Made by a program: the position numbers and the translations under genes. A model generated the notes under the pieces. That model had not been told where the DNA came from. It saw only the letters and a list, made by a program, of their open reading frames with translations, and searched no databases. DNA of 32,000 nucleotides from Trichodesmium erythraeum IMS101 (GTDB lineage Bacteria; Cyanobacteriota; Cyanobacteriia; Cyanobacteriales; Microcoleaceae): contig NC_008312.1 of assembly GCF_000014265.1 (NCBI RefSeq), positions 6,270,001-6,302,000 on the forward strand, given 5' to 3'. Shown piece by piece: positions 1 through 9,993 of the stretch. Positions within the stretch are counted from its first letter, which is position 1. Every line of letters starts with the position of its first letter.

Positions 1-168
1 GTTTAGTAGTCTTAACTATTACTCAGTTTTCCATATTACACTTTTTACCAGAATAAATTTATGTTCTCGAATAACATATTTTCTAGAATTAATCATTGAG
101 AGCTATTCTGAAATTTCTAATCTTCAGTAGTTAAATCAGGAAATTTTGTTAGTTAAGATGTAACTATT

Positions 169-203
169 TAGTTGTTAGCTATTAGCTATCAGTTATTGGG
201 GAT
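169..203. repeat. STRR-like heptanucleotide tandem repeat, about 5 units (TAGTTGT TAGCTAT TAGCTAT CAGTTAT TGGGGAT)
   Basis: 7-nt periodicity read directly from the sequence. Related units recur at 561-595. Confidence 0.6.
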
Positions 204-560
204 AGAAGCAGGTCAAAGTAATTGAGAGAAAGAATAAAAATTTACTCCCAAACTACCCTAAGGTAGGAGAATATCTGTAAATAAAATATTAAATCCTGGT
301 TTAAGCTTGGTTAAGAGTACATTCCTTCCTTCGTTTAACTTAATAATCTCTGTAATTAGCACCTAACCCACCGAAACTTAGATTTTGAGTAGACCTTAAT
401 ATATATTTTATAGATACTTTCTTAACTTCAGCAGTAGTTATTCATTATTTGACTACTGATGAATCTCAAGCCTGTTATTACAGAGGTATTTATTAAAGAT
501 GCTTTAACAATTTAACTTTTACCTGTTAATGGGAGTATTAAGGCTTAAAACGTAAGTATT

Positions 561-595
561 CAGTGGTCAGCTATTAGCTATGAGTTATTAACTCA
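561..595. repeat. STRR-like heptanucleotide tandem repeat (CAGTGGT CAGCTAT TAGCTAT GAGTTAT TAACTCA)
   Basis: 7-nt periodicity. Shares TAGCTAT / SAGTTAT units with 169-203. Confidence 0.6.
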
Positions 596-1056
596 TTATA
601 TTGGAGGGAGAAATTAGTCTCCCAGGAGAGTTAAAAAGTTATGTTTGCACAGCATGACTTTTGCTCCCCATTCCATTTGCTTCCCATTTGGGATGTTAGA
701 AATGTTTGTTTGTTATGTAATTGGTCATCAGGTAACCTTAGTAGTTGCTTGGCAGTTATTCAAAAGCCCTTTAGCTGACTGAATGCATTGCTGAATGCTT
801 ACTTTAAAACTATTTTTTTGAGCAAATAATTTTCAAAGTATATCTACTAATTTTTTAAGCTTTATTTTTGGCTATTTTGATAATTTATAGATGTCGAAGA
901 TGAGTAAATTGTTTTATGGCATAAGATAGGTTGGTAAAATTAATTAGAAAATGGAGAAAAGATGGGAACAAGCAACAGTGTCTCCTCTAATCTTGCTCTT
1001 TTTTACCTGATGACTAACTTAAGGCTGTAAATTTATTTATACTCAACTACTTAATT

Positions 1057-1086
1057 AAAACCCTCCTCTTAAGAAGGAGGTTTTAT
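1057..1086 (+). terminator. Intrinsic-terminator-like hairpin: AAAA-C-CCTCCT-cttaaga-AGGAGG-TTTT
   Basis: Perfect 6-bp GC-rich stem (1062-1067 / 1075-1080) with a 7-nt loop, flanked by an A-run and a T-run. It is symmetric, so it could act on either strand. It lies 24 nt upstream of the kinase ATG. Confidence 0.35.
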
Positions 1087-1109
1087 CAATAAAGAAAGGC
1101 TCTAGCATA

Positions 1110-3488
1110 ATGGTTAAAAATATTTTAGATGGACGCTATAAAATTATTAAAATTATTGAGTCCGAAGGACTTGCCCATACTTATCTAGCCCAAGATATCC
1201 GTCGTCCAGGAGCTGCAGAATGTTTTATTAAGCATTTACAGCCAAGTATTTCTGACCAAAAATTTCTGGAAATTATTCGCCGTAGATTTCAACAAGAAGC
1301 ACAAATACTAGAAAAGCTATCTCAAAATAATCAAATTCCTAAACTACTTGCTTATTTTGAAGAAAACCAAGAATTTTATTTAGTTCAATCTTTTATTCCT
1401 GGTAAATCTTTGGATAATGAAATATTACCAGGTAGAGCTTTATCTGAAATCCAAATAATTAGAATTCTTATAGAAGTATTAGAAATTTTGGTGTTTGTAC
1501 ATAGAAATAATGTAATTCATCGAGATATTAAGCCTGCTAATTTAATTAGAAGAAAATTAGATAATAAGTTAGTTCTAATTGATTTTGGAGCTATTAAAGA
1601 AATTAATATTGCTCAACCAAGTCGAACTGCAAGGATTGGTACAATGGAATATATGCCAATTGAACAATTTGAATATAACCCACAATTAAATAGTGATATT
1701 TATGCTTTAGGAATGATGGGAATTCAGGGGATTACAGGGTTACCTAGTAGTGAATTATCTAAACTAAAATATCAGGAAAATGGCAATAAAAAAGAAATAT
1801 TTTGGCGAAACCGAATAAATTGTTCTACAGCTTTAGCAGATGTTTTAGATAAGATGGTGCGCTATAATTATCGTGAACGTTATCAGTCAGCAACAGAAGT
1901 TATAGAGGATTTAAAGGAAATTCGCTATAATTTAAATAAAACTAGTAAAATAAAAGCTTATCAGGAAGAGGTTATTCGTCGCGCTAGTTATCGCGGAGAT
2001 ATTTCTCCTGCAGGGAGAGGAATTTTAGAGGCACTACGAGAAAATTTAGAACTCTCACAAGAAGAAACAGAAATAATAGAAGATGATATATTAAATCCTT
2101 ACCGTAAATATCAGGAGAAAGGAAAAAAATATGAGCAAAGATTACGAGAGACTATTCAACAAGAATATCCCTTTACTAATGAAACTCTTGAGGAGTTGAA
2201 ATATTTACAGCAAGTGTTAGGACTGACTCAGGAGGACGTAAAATTAATAGAAGATAGAGTAGTTCCTAAATCTCTATTTTTAAAGTTAAAAAAAACATTT
2301 ATAAATAACTATCAAAGAGCCTCTATTAGCTGGTTATTAATTGTACGTTTTGTCACTATTACCATTTCAGTAATATTTGTTATTTATATATATATAAAAC
2401 TTCAAAATGATTATAAGATACAGCAAGAGAAAATTTTAAGAAAAGAACAACAAGAAGTGGCGCAATTAAATTTATTGAGAAACTTATATAGAGAAAGAAA
2501 TTATGAAGATTGCATCAGTAAAAATACTATAATTACCGAAAATTCTAGTGTTTTTTCTGAAGCCCAGGATATTTTACAAAAATGTAAACAAGGTAAAAAT
2601 TGGGAAAATTATCAAGTAGAAGATTTCTCTCAATATTTAGCGGCCGTTAGTAGTGTTGTATTTAGTCCAGATGGAAAAATGCTAGCTACTGGTAGTAGAG
2701 AGACAACAGTAAAAATTTTAGAAATACCTACAGGAAAAGTTATCAACACATTTCCTGCTGATGATTCTATAATTTGGTCAGTTGCTTTTAATAGTGATGC
2801 TACTCAATTAGTTGCAGGTACTTATTATTGGAGGGTAATGATCTGGAATGTGCCAACAGTAGCAGAAGAACCATTTCAAATTTTTGAACATCGAGCACCT
2901 ATTTGGTCAGTTGTTATGAGTCCTGATGATGAAATAGTTGCTAGTTCTAGTGGGGATAAAAGGGTTAAAGTTTGGAATTTAAAAACAGGTTCTTTGATTT
3001 TTAGTTTCCCCGATCACTCAGATACAATTTATTCTATTGATATTAGTTCTGATGGTAAAAAATTAGTTAGTGGTAGCGCAGATCAAACTATCAAAATTGA
3101 AGATTTAGATACGGGAGATTTAATTAATACATTAAATGGGCACACAGGAGCTATTAGGTCTGTTAAGATTACTCCAGATGGGAAAAAAATAGTTAGTGGT
3201 AGTTATGATACTACGGTTAAAATTTGGGATTTAAAAACAGGAAAGTTAATCAAAACTCTCTCTGGTCATACTGCTGAAGTTATATCTGTTGATATTAGTC
3301 GAGATGGTCGCTATATTGCTAGTGGCGGTAAGGATAATAACATTAAGGTATGGGATTTAGAAAAAGGAGAATTGTTGAATACTTTGACCGGACATACAGA
3401 TGAAGTTTATACAGTTGCTTTTAGTCCTGATGGCAATAGTATTGCTAGTGGTGGTAAGGATAGAACTATTAAACTTTGGCAGAGATAG
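1110..3488 (+). CDS. Hanks-type serine/threonine protein kinase with a central TM helix and a C-terminal WD40 beta-propeller
   Basis: Motifs seen in the translation: the invariant Lys context ECFIKHL, the HRDIKPANL catalytic loop, DFG, and GTMEYMPIEQ. A hydrophobic span WLLIVRFVTITISVIFVIYIYI lies at about nt 2331-2396. About 7 WD40 repeats of the type SPDGK..(A/V)SGS.D.T(I/V)K(I/L)W(D/N)L.TG follow from about nt 2626 to the stop. Confidence 0.95.
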   Translation: MVKNILDGRYKIIKIIESEGLAHTYLAQDIRRPGAAECFIKHLQPSISDQKFLEIIRRRFQQEAQILEKLSQNNQIPKLLAYFEENQEFYLVQSFIPGKSLDNEILPGRALSEIQIIRILIEVLEILVFVHRNNVIHRDIKPANLIRRKLDNKLVLIDFGAIKEINIAQPSRTARIGTMEYMPIEQFEYNPQLNSDIYALGMMGIQGITGLPSSELSKLKYQENGNKKEIFWRNRINCSTALADVLDKMVRYNYRERYQSATEVIEDLKEIRYNLNKTSKIKAYQEEVIRRASYRGDISPAGRGILEALRENLELSQEETEIIEDDILNPYRKYQEKGKKYEQRLRETIQQEYPFTNETLEELKYLQQVLGLTQEDVKLIEDRVVPKSLFLKLKKTFINNYQRASISWLLIVRFVTITISVIFVIYIYIKLQNDYKIQQEKILRKEQQEVAQLNLLRNLYRERNYEDCISKNTIITENSSVFSEAQDILQKCKQGKNWENYQVEDFSQYLAAVSSVVFSPDGKMLATGSRETTVKILEIPTGKVINTFPADDSIIWSVAFNSDATQLVAGTYYWRVMIWNVPTVAEEPFQIFEHRAPIWSVVMSPDDEIVASSSGDKRVKVWNLKTGSLIFSFPDHSDTIYSIDISSDGKKLVSGSADQTIKIEDLDTGDLINTLNGHTGAIRSVKITPDGKKIVSGSYDTTVKIWDLKTGKLIKTLSGHTAEVISVDISRDGRYIASGGKDNNIKVWDLEKGELLNTLTGHTDEVYTVAFSPDGNSIASGGKDRTIKLWQR

Positions 3489-3646
3489 TTATATAGCCAT
3501 GGGTAAGTCAAAAGGTTAAAAGTAATCTCTCTTATTAGATAGGTAGGGCAACAGAAAAGGCTTGGTTGCTGAAGCTTATCAATTTATTTTTCGAGCAACT
3601 CTGGGCAACTCTATTGCCATATATTTTCATACTTCTAGGTTTTAAT

Positions 3647-4009
3647 TTAAGTTGTGGCTGAATTTTTTATACTAATTTCATAAACCATAACTGCTACAGC
3701 AACAATACCAGTGAAAATCATTAATCCCCCAGGCATCATTTTACGAGTTTTTGCTAAACGTATCATGAATGTAATGATTAGGATAGTTGTAATAATGGTA
3801 GAAAATGTGAGACCCCAATTTATGCCCATCAGTTGAATGATTCCGCTAATAATTAGTAGCAAGCCGCTTATACTACCAGATATTAAGGATATTTTGCTGC
3901 CTACTTTTGTGTATCCAATAATGCCTCCAATAATGGCTAACATACCATAGGCGATCGCTGCTATTATTGCAATATTTATAGTCATTTTTATGATCTTCCA
4001 AAAACTCAA
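3647..4009 (-). CDS. TMEM14/UPF0136-like small integral membrane protein (4 predicted TM helices)
   Basis: Very hydrophobic, with the motif GGIIGYTKVGSKISLISG that is typical of the TMEM14 family. The ORF-track start at 4009 is TTG. The ATG at 3985 (MTINIAII...) is the more likely start. Contains a HIP1 site. Confidence 0.6.
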   Translation of the reverse strand: MSFWKIIKMTINIAIIAAIAYGMLAIIGGIIGYTKVGSKISLISGSISGLLLIISGIIQLMGINWGLTFSTIITTILIITFMIRLAKTRKMMPGGLMIFTGIVAVAVMVYEISIKNSATT

Positions 4010-4291
4010 ACTAATTTATACAGCTTACTTGCGCAAATAGCTAGCTAATTTATTAAAAATTAATATTGCATCATTAAGGTTCAATAATTATTAAATTCTG
4101 ATTAAAGCTAATTTATTTTTACTATTTAATAATATTTTTTTCAATATTTCTTAGCTTTAAATTATATATTAAGTAAATGTAAAAAAAAGTGGTTTATAAT
4201 TGGAGCTCGTAAAATTTATTAGAGAATGATATACTATCTAAAAAATCAAAAAAAATAGTTATTTATTAGTAAGGCAATTATATTATTAACT

Positions 4292-5599
4292 ATGTCTTAT
4301 TTAGATTCTCCAGTGTTAGCCCAAATTAAAAGCTTACAACAGCAAATAGCATCTCTATTGTTGTATCAGTCGGTTTTACAAAAAACAGTGGGTGAAGCTT
4401 TTATTAAGTTACTAGAATCTTTGTCTAAAAATGATGGAGTTGCTATAGAATGCCTTCGAGCTTATGGTAACTGGTTTAGAACTATTGCTAGTCAAAATAT
4501 TTCCTGGCAAGAATATCTAATTGATCGGATAATTCAGGATGATAATCCCTTTAGTCAACAAGTTCAAACAATCAATATTACTAACCTATCTCCTAATCTA
4601 ATTGCAGCAGCAAAAAATGATTTGCAAATTTTACAAAATCTTTATAAGTGCAATAGTAAAACAATTGGTCAGTGGGTAAAAACAATAGCTAAATTAGAAA
4701 AACTTCCTATTACTTGGGAAGAAAAAATAGAAAGAAAAGAACCTATCTATCAAAAGTTCATAAAGTCAGAAAATTGGGCAGATTCTATTGAGGCTTTAGC
4801 TACTCATTATCGTGATTTTGGTATAGGTTTATTTGCTGAATCAATTGCTTTTGAATGGCGTAATGATCAACTATTAACTATTACTTATCCTGATCCAGTT
4901 AAATTAAAGGAACTAGTAGGATATGAATTCCAACGAGATACTTTAATTAAAAATACAGAATTTCTTCTGGCAGGATATCCAGCTCTTAATGTTTTACTTT
5001 ATGGTAGTCGTGGTTCTGGGAAATCTTCCTTAGTAAAAGCTTTATTAAATGAGTATAGTCAGAGGAATCTCCGTTTAGTTGAAGTAGCTAAGTCTGACTT
5101 AAAAGAGCTACCATTAATTGTAGAAAAATTACGGAATGTTCCACAAAAATTTATTATCTTTGTTGATGACCTTTCTTTTGAAGAAGATGATGATACTTTT
5201 AAGGCTTTAAAAGTTGTTTTAGAAGGTAATTTAACTGCTAGACCAGCAAATGTGGTAGTTTATGCTACTTCAAATAGAAGGCATTTAATAAGAGAATTTT
5301 TTAATGATCGCCCTTCCCCAAAAGATAGTGATGAGGTGCATAATTGGGATACAGTTCAAGAAAAGCTTTCTTTTAGCGATCGCTTTGGTTTAACTTTAAC
5401 TTTTGAACCTGCTAACCAAGATACCTATTTAAAAATTGTTAGACATCTAGCCAAGCAAGAAAAGGTAAATCTAAATCCTGAAGATTTAGATTATCAAGCC
5501 TTACAATGGGCAACTAGAAATAATGGTCGTTCTGGGCGAGGGGCGCGACAATTTATTGATTTTATCAAAGCTAATTTAGCAGTTTTTGAGAAGTGTTGA
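4292..5599 (+). CDS. P-loop ATPase, DUF815 / AAA-type, with a roughly 220-aa N-terminal extension
   Basis: Walker A LLYGSRGSGKSSLVKAL and Walker B-like IIFVDDLSFEEDD. The C-terminal ...NGRSGRGARQFIDF resembles DUF815-family ATPases. ATG start. Confidence 0.75.
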   Translation: MSYLDSPVLAQIKSLQQQIASLLLYQSVLQKTVGEAFIKLLESLSKNDGVAIECLRAYGNWFRTIASQNISWQEYLIDRIIQDDNPFSQQVQTINITNLSPNLIAAAKNDLQILQNLYKCNSKTIGQWVKTIAKLEKLPITWEEKIERKEPIYQKFIKSENWADSIEALATHYRDFGIGLFAESIAFEWRNDQLLTITYPDPVKLKELVGYEFQRDTLIKNTEFLLAGYPALNVLLYGSRGSGKSSLVKALLNEYSQRNLRLVEVAKSDLKELPLIVEKLRNVPQKFIIFVDDLSFEEDDDTFKALKVVLEGNLTARPANVVVYATSNRRHLIREFFNDRPSPKDSDEVHNWDTVQEKLSFSDRFGLTLTFEPANQDTYLKIVRHLAKQEKVNLNPEDLDYQALQWATRNNGRSGRGARQFIDFIKANLAVFEKC

Positions 5600-5781
5600 A
5601 CAAGGATATAGGATGCAAGTGATAAGTTTTAGTTTCTATTAAATAGTGGTGGAAGTTGGAGGTGTTAAGTAAATTTTTTCATCTATAACCTACAGACTAT
5701 TTCCTAAAATCTGGCACTAAATATCTTAGAAAAATCAGAGTTGAGTGAAAGTAAAAAAATTACTAATAAGGTAACTAAAAC

Positions 5782-6228
5782 ATGGGTATTTTTGAGCAAG
5801 AAAAAACAACAATACAAGCTACTGATATTAAACTTGAACCAGCAGAAGCTTTTGCAGCGATCGCTTTAATTACTGTAGCTGTAGATGATATTATTACTGA
5901 GAGTGAAAAACAAGGTATTAGTAATATTTTATCTCGAATGGAACTGTTTAGTAATTATTCAGAAGAACGTAAAAAAGAAATGTTAGACCGTCTGTTAGGT
6001 ATAATTAAGAATAAAGAAATTAAGCCTTTATTTGATGCTGCAGTTGCTAAACTTCCTAAAGAGTTAAAGGAGACAGTGTTTGCTGTTAGTACAGATTTAG
6101 TTTTAGTAGATGGAAACCTTGCTGAAGAGGAAGAACAACTTCTGAATGAATTGTATAATGCTTTAGAAATTTCTGAAACAGTAGCTAATAATATTATTGA
6201 TGTAATGATGATTAAAAATAAGGGTTAA
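5782..6228 (+). CDS. TerB-like (tellurite-resistance TerB fold) small protein
   Basis: Two half-repeats of the TerB type: AAIALITVAVDDIITESEKQGISNIL and AVSTDLVLVDGNLAEEEEQLLNELYNALEIS. Acidic, helical, about 148 aa. Confidence 0.55.
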   Translation: MGIFEQEKTTIQATDIKLEPAEAFAAIALITVAVDDIITESEKQGISNILSRMELFSNYSEERKKEMLDRLLGIIKNKEIKPLFDAAVAKLPKELKETVFAVSTDLVLVDGNLAEEEEQLLNELYNALEISETVANNIIDVMMIKNKG

Positions 6229-6392
6229 TCTTAGTTATCAATTTCAGTACCTCTGACGGAAGCTGGTTACTTGAAATATGAATATTCAAACCTATTAATT
6301 ATAGGTACTTAGCCTCCTATTAGTATATCTAATTGAGAGTAATTGGCTATATTCTATGTTTTTTATCCTCACAATTCGATTTATTTCTATTA

Positions 6393-6809
6393 ATGTCTTT
6401 TTACTATAGAAGAATAGTTCATTTTCAGGATACTGATGCTGCAGGTGTGGTTTATTTTGTTAATGTTTTAGCAATTTGCCATGAAGCTTACGAGGCATCT
6501 TTAGCAGCATTTGATATTAATTTGAAGGTTTTTTTTAGTAATCAAGAAATTGCTATTCCAATTATTCATGCTAATGTTGATTTTCGTCGTCCAATGTTTT
6601 GTGGGGATGAGTTAACTATTGAATTAATGCCTAAAACTTGGGGAGATGATGAGTTTGAAATTTCTTATCAAGTTTTTTTAAAAGAGGTAGGAAAAAAGTG
6701 GGCAGCGAGAGCTAGCACAAAGCACGTTTGTATTCATCCTCAAAGTAAAAGTAGGCAAAAATTATCTGATGAAATAAGGCGATGGTTATTGAGTTTTCAA
6801 ACTTTCTAG
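6393..6809 (+). CDS. 1,4-dihydroxy-2-naphthoyl-CoA thioesterase (hotdog-fold 4HBT type, phylloquinone pathway)
   Basis: The N-terminal YYRRIVHFQDTDAAGVVYF motif (catalytic Asp context) matches cyanobacterial Slr0204-type DHNA-CoA hydrolases. About 138 aa from the ATG at 6393. The ORF-track start at 6333 adds an unlikely 20-aa leader. Sits next to the men genes. Confidence 0.75.
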   Translation: MSFYYRRIVHFQDTDAAGVVYFVNVLAICHEAYEASLAAFDINLKVFFSNQEIAIPIIHANVDFRRPMFCGDELTIELMPKTWGDDEFEISYQVFLKEVGKKWAARASTKHVCIHPQSKSRQKLSDEIRRWLLSFQTF

Positions 6810-6917
6810 TTTAGTAAAATTATGGAATAATAAAATTATGGATATATTGGAGTCTTTTTTTGATTTTATAAATCTCTTTAGGAAAAGATTTATAATTTTT
6901 TCCTGATAGTTGGTTTA

Positions 6918-7106
6918 TTGGCAGCTTGTAATAATAAAGTTCTTATTTTTGCGATAGCTGCAGCTATTATCATATTTTTTCTTGCTATCATTTTTTATCC
7001 TTTTATCCAGAATATTCAGGAAACTGAGGTTTGGTTTATTGATATATGTGTACCTAATTTATTAGCATTTATACTAGGGTTTACTTTAGGGAAAAGATTT
7101 AAGTGA
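6918..7106 (+). CDS. Hypothetical small membrane protein (2 hydrophobic spans)
   Basis: ORF only, with a TTG start and no recognisable family. Confidence 0.25.
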   Translation: MAACNNKVLIFAIAAAIIIFFLAIIFYPFIQNIQETEVWFIDICVPNLLAFILGFTLGKRFK

Positions 7107-7512
7107 GTAGCAAAAATACTATTAATATAAATCAAGTAAAATCGAATAATTTGAATATATAAAACCATAAGATACCAGAATTTAATAGTGGTTAAATTCA
7201 GTCATATTAATTTAATAATTGAATCAGCATATCAAAAAATATTGATTTTTAATTGTTAATTACTGAAGGATTATAGGTTTATTGATGATTTAAAATTTAC
7301 TAATAATATTCTATTTTTTTGAATGTCATATAATTAATTCTAACTATTTAAACATTTTAAAAGTACAAATATATTTCCAAATACTCAAAATATTAGTCTC
7401 GTATTCTCAAGTTTTAAATGTATTAGTTATAATAGCTGAACCAACTTTCATCTAGTTAAGAATAATAGAAGACTTTCACTAATCAAAAAAATTTGAATTT
7501 CATATAGATTAA

Positions 7513-8420
7513 ATGTCAAGCAATACTTATGCCATAATTGGCAGTGGTGCACTAGGAGGTTTTTACGGTGCAAAACTACAAAAAGCAGGGTTAGAAGTTC
7601 ATTTATTACTACATAGTGATTATCATCATGTTCTGGAAAATGGCATAGTTATAAAATCAAAACATGGAGATTTTAAACTATCTCAAGTTAATGCCTATAA
7701 AAATACTAATCAAATGCCAAAATGTGATGTAATTCTCATAGGATTAAAAACAACACAAAATAATTTATTAGCAAAATTTTTGCCTCCTTTATTAAAAGAA
7801 AATACTGTTGTTTTACTCTTGCAAACTGGCTTAAGTGCAGAACCATAAGTTGCCAAAATTGTTGGAAAAAAAGGTTAATAAGAGGAATATGTAATCTTGC
7901 CTGTAACAAATTAAGTTTTGGTTATATTCATCATATAGATGATAGTTCAATTAGAATTGGAAGATACGCCAGGAATTATCAACTTGCTCAAATTACTAAT
8001 AAAATGCGCGAGATTACTCATGATTTTAAAATTTCTGGAGTTCCGGTTTATTTCACTGAAAATTTACTACTAGAAAGATGAAAAAAATTGGTTTGGAATA
8101 TTTCTTATAACAGTTTTTCAGTAATTTTAGATGCTCGAACTGACGAAATTATCGGAAATGCTAATACGATAAATTTAGTAGTAGAAATAATGCAGGAAGT
8201 TTTAGAGGGAGCAAAAAGTTGTCAGCTTCAAATTCCAGATAATTATATTCAAAAAATGTTAGACCATACTGAAAAATTACAACCTTATTTAACTAGCATG
8301 AAAATTGACTATTAGCGACGACGACCTTTAGAAATAGAAGGAATTATTGGCAACCCTTTACGAATGGCAAGTAAGGCTGGTATGAAGTTATCAAAAATGG
8401 GAATGTTGTATCAACAATGA
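7513..8420 (+). pseudogene. 2-dehydropantoate 2-reductase (PanE/ApbA family) pseudogene
   Basis: The N-terminal Rossmann part (YAIIGSGALGGFYGAKLQKAG) is intact up to a stop at 7846-7848. The rest of the family-like sequence (...GVPVYFTENLLLER*KKLVWN...TSMKIDY*RRRPLEIEGIIGNPLRMA...) is spread over other frames with internal stops. Confidence 0.75.
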
Positions 8421-8821
8421 AAATTTATAGATGCTATAAATATACAGAAATTTTCAAGTTAAATAAAAATCAAATAATGTATATATTTAAACTTTTTTAT
8501 ATTTCATAAATTTGTTGAGAATAGTATTGAGAATATTTTTATATTTATAGTTGCTTTTGTTGTAGCATTTGATTATCTAAACTTTTCTGAAAATTATATT
8601 TGTAGGTACATTCCTATTTTGATGGTGACTGTTTTTCCGATATCTATTCATACAATATGAAGAAATCAAGCTATAGATAAACACCCTGAAACTTTTAAAT
8701 ATATTGCTTGTTTGTTGCCTATTTATGTAGCAAACTGAATCAACCTCCATACTTGAGAAAAGCTATATAATTCTAAAGCAGTATTACCTTTCTCTCCTAA
8801 TAAACCTTTTGATAAAACCTT

Positions 8822-9584
8822 TTGATAAAATTTATATAATTATGTCTAAAAATATTGCCAAAATTGGAAATCAAACCCTCTTCTAATGCGGAAATGTTTG
8901 CTAAAAACTGGCATATTTTCCAGAAAATTATCAAAAATAATCACATGAGACATAAAGAAATGTATAATGTCTTACATCAGTTTATTCTCAATTATCTAGA
9001 TAAATTATTTTCTTTTTTAGACCTGGGTTGTGGGGATTTATCAACTATAATACCTTGTCTTATCGACAGTGATATCTATAGTTATACTGGTGTTGATTTA
9101 TCACTATAAGCATTGAAAATTGCCCAGGAAAATATTGCCGATTTTCCTTGGAAAAAAAATTAATTATAGGCAATATTAAATATGTATTTAGAGAGTTAAT
9201 TAGTCTCTACTAAAAACTTAAAAATTGATATTGTTTTTTCCTTCTATACTATTCATCACTTAAGTATATTAGATAAGCAACTAATTAATGATATTTGGCA
9301 AATACTGAATCCTAATTCTTGTTTTATTTTAATTGATCTTTTTAGAGAAGAAGGAGAAACTCATGATTGCTATTTAGCAAAATATAAGCAAAATATTAGG
9401 AAAAATTGGTTTACCTTGACTAAGGATGAAATAGATATAACAGTTACACACATCAAAAATTGCAATTTTCCTGAAACAGAAAATACAATTATAAATCAAG
9501 TAAAAAAAAGCTGGTTTTAGTAAATATGAATTTATTTATCAAGACCAAGAACATGCTGGATATTTGTTAGTTTGTTATAAATAG
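8822..9584 (+). pseudogene. Class I SAM-dependent methyltransferase pseudogene
   Basis: Motif I FLDLGCGDLS lies in ORF 8855-9109, which ends at an in-frame TAA. The remaining methyltransferase-like sequence (HHLSILDKQLINDIWQILNPNSCFILIDLF...; ...AGFSKYEFIYQDQEHAGYLLVCYK) continues in shifted frames. The frame changes coincide with poly-A runs (about 9165 and about 9505). Confidence 0.7.
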
Positions 9585-9660
9585 GGTGAAAATAATTTAA
9601 TACAGCAATTTTCATGATTAGTAAACTAAAGTTGTGACGGTGCATGGAACGTTCCTAGAG

Positions 9661-9937
9661 ATTTTTGGTTTTGATAATGTGGTTTATCTATCTAAAAAGT
9701 GCTGTAACAGTTAGACCTATTCTCCTATTCTTTGAATAGCAAATTTTTTGAACAACTCTCAATAATTTTTCCTTCATAATTACGAGGTAAACTTTCTACT
9801 TTTAGCCAATATTTAGGCTGCTTAAATTTGCTCAATTTTTTATCAATAGCAGCGCACCAATTTTTCCTATAAACTTCAAAATAATTACCCACATTTATGA
9901 GAATTTACAACCTGATGCCAAATATTTATCTGCACAT
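9661..9937. repeat. Degenerate 277-bp tandem copy of the menE 3' end plus its downstream flank
   Basis: 9661-9937 aligns colinearly with 9938-10214 at an offset of 277. The start of each copy is identical (ATTTTTGGTTTTGATAATGTGGTTTAT). The copy includes the stop-codon region TTAGACCTATTCTCCTATTC. Its coding part is visibly mutated. Confidence 0.85.
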
Positions 9938-9993
9938 ATTTTTGGTTTTGATAATGTGGTTTATGTATTTTAAAAGTGCTGTAATAGTTAGAC

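Noticed and set aside
641-778. 45-codon ORF (MFAQHDFCSPFHLLPIWDV...) in the upstream non-coding region
   Set aside because: No family resemblance. Short ORFs of this size are expected by chance.
1073-1080. AAGGAGG as the Shine-Dalgarno sequence for the kinase gene
   Set aside because: It lies about 30 nt from the ATG, which is too far, and it forms the 3' arm of a hairpin. It is interpreted as part of a terminator-like structure.
3541-3590. Short inverted matches (GGCAACAGAAA, AAGCTTATC) with 23671-23700
   Set aside because: The matching words are not colinear between the two loci, so this is chance similarity.
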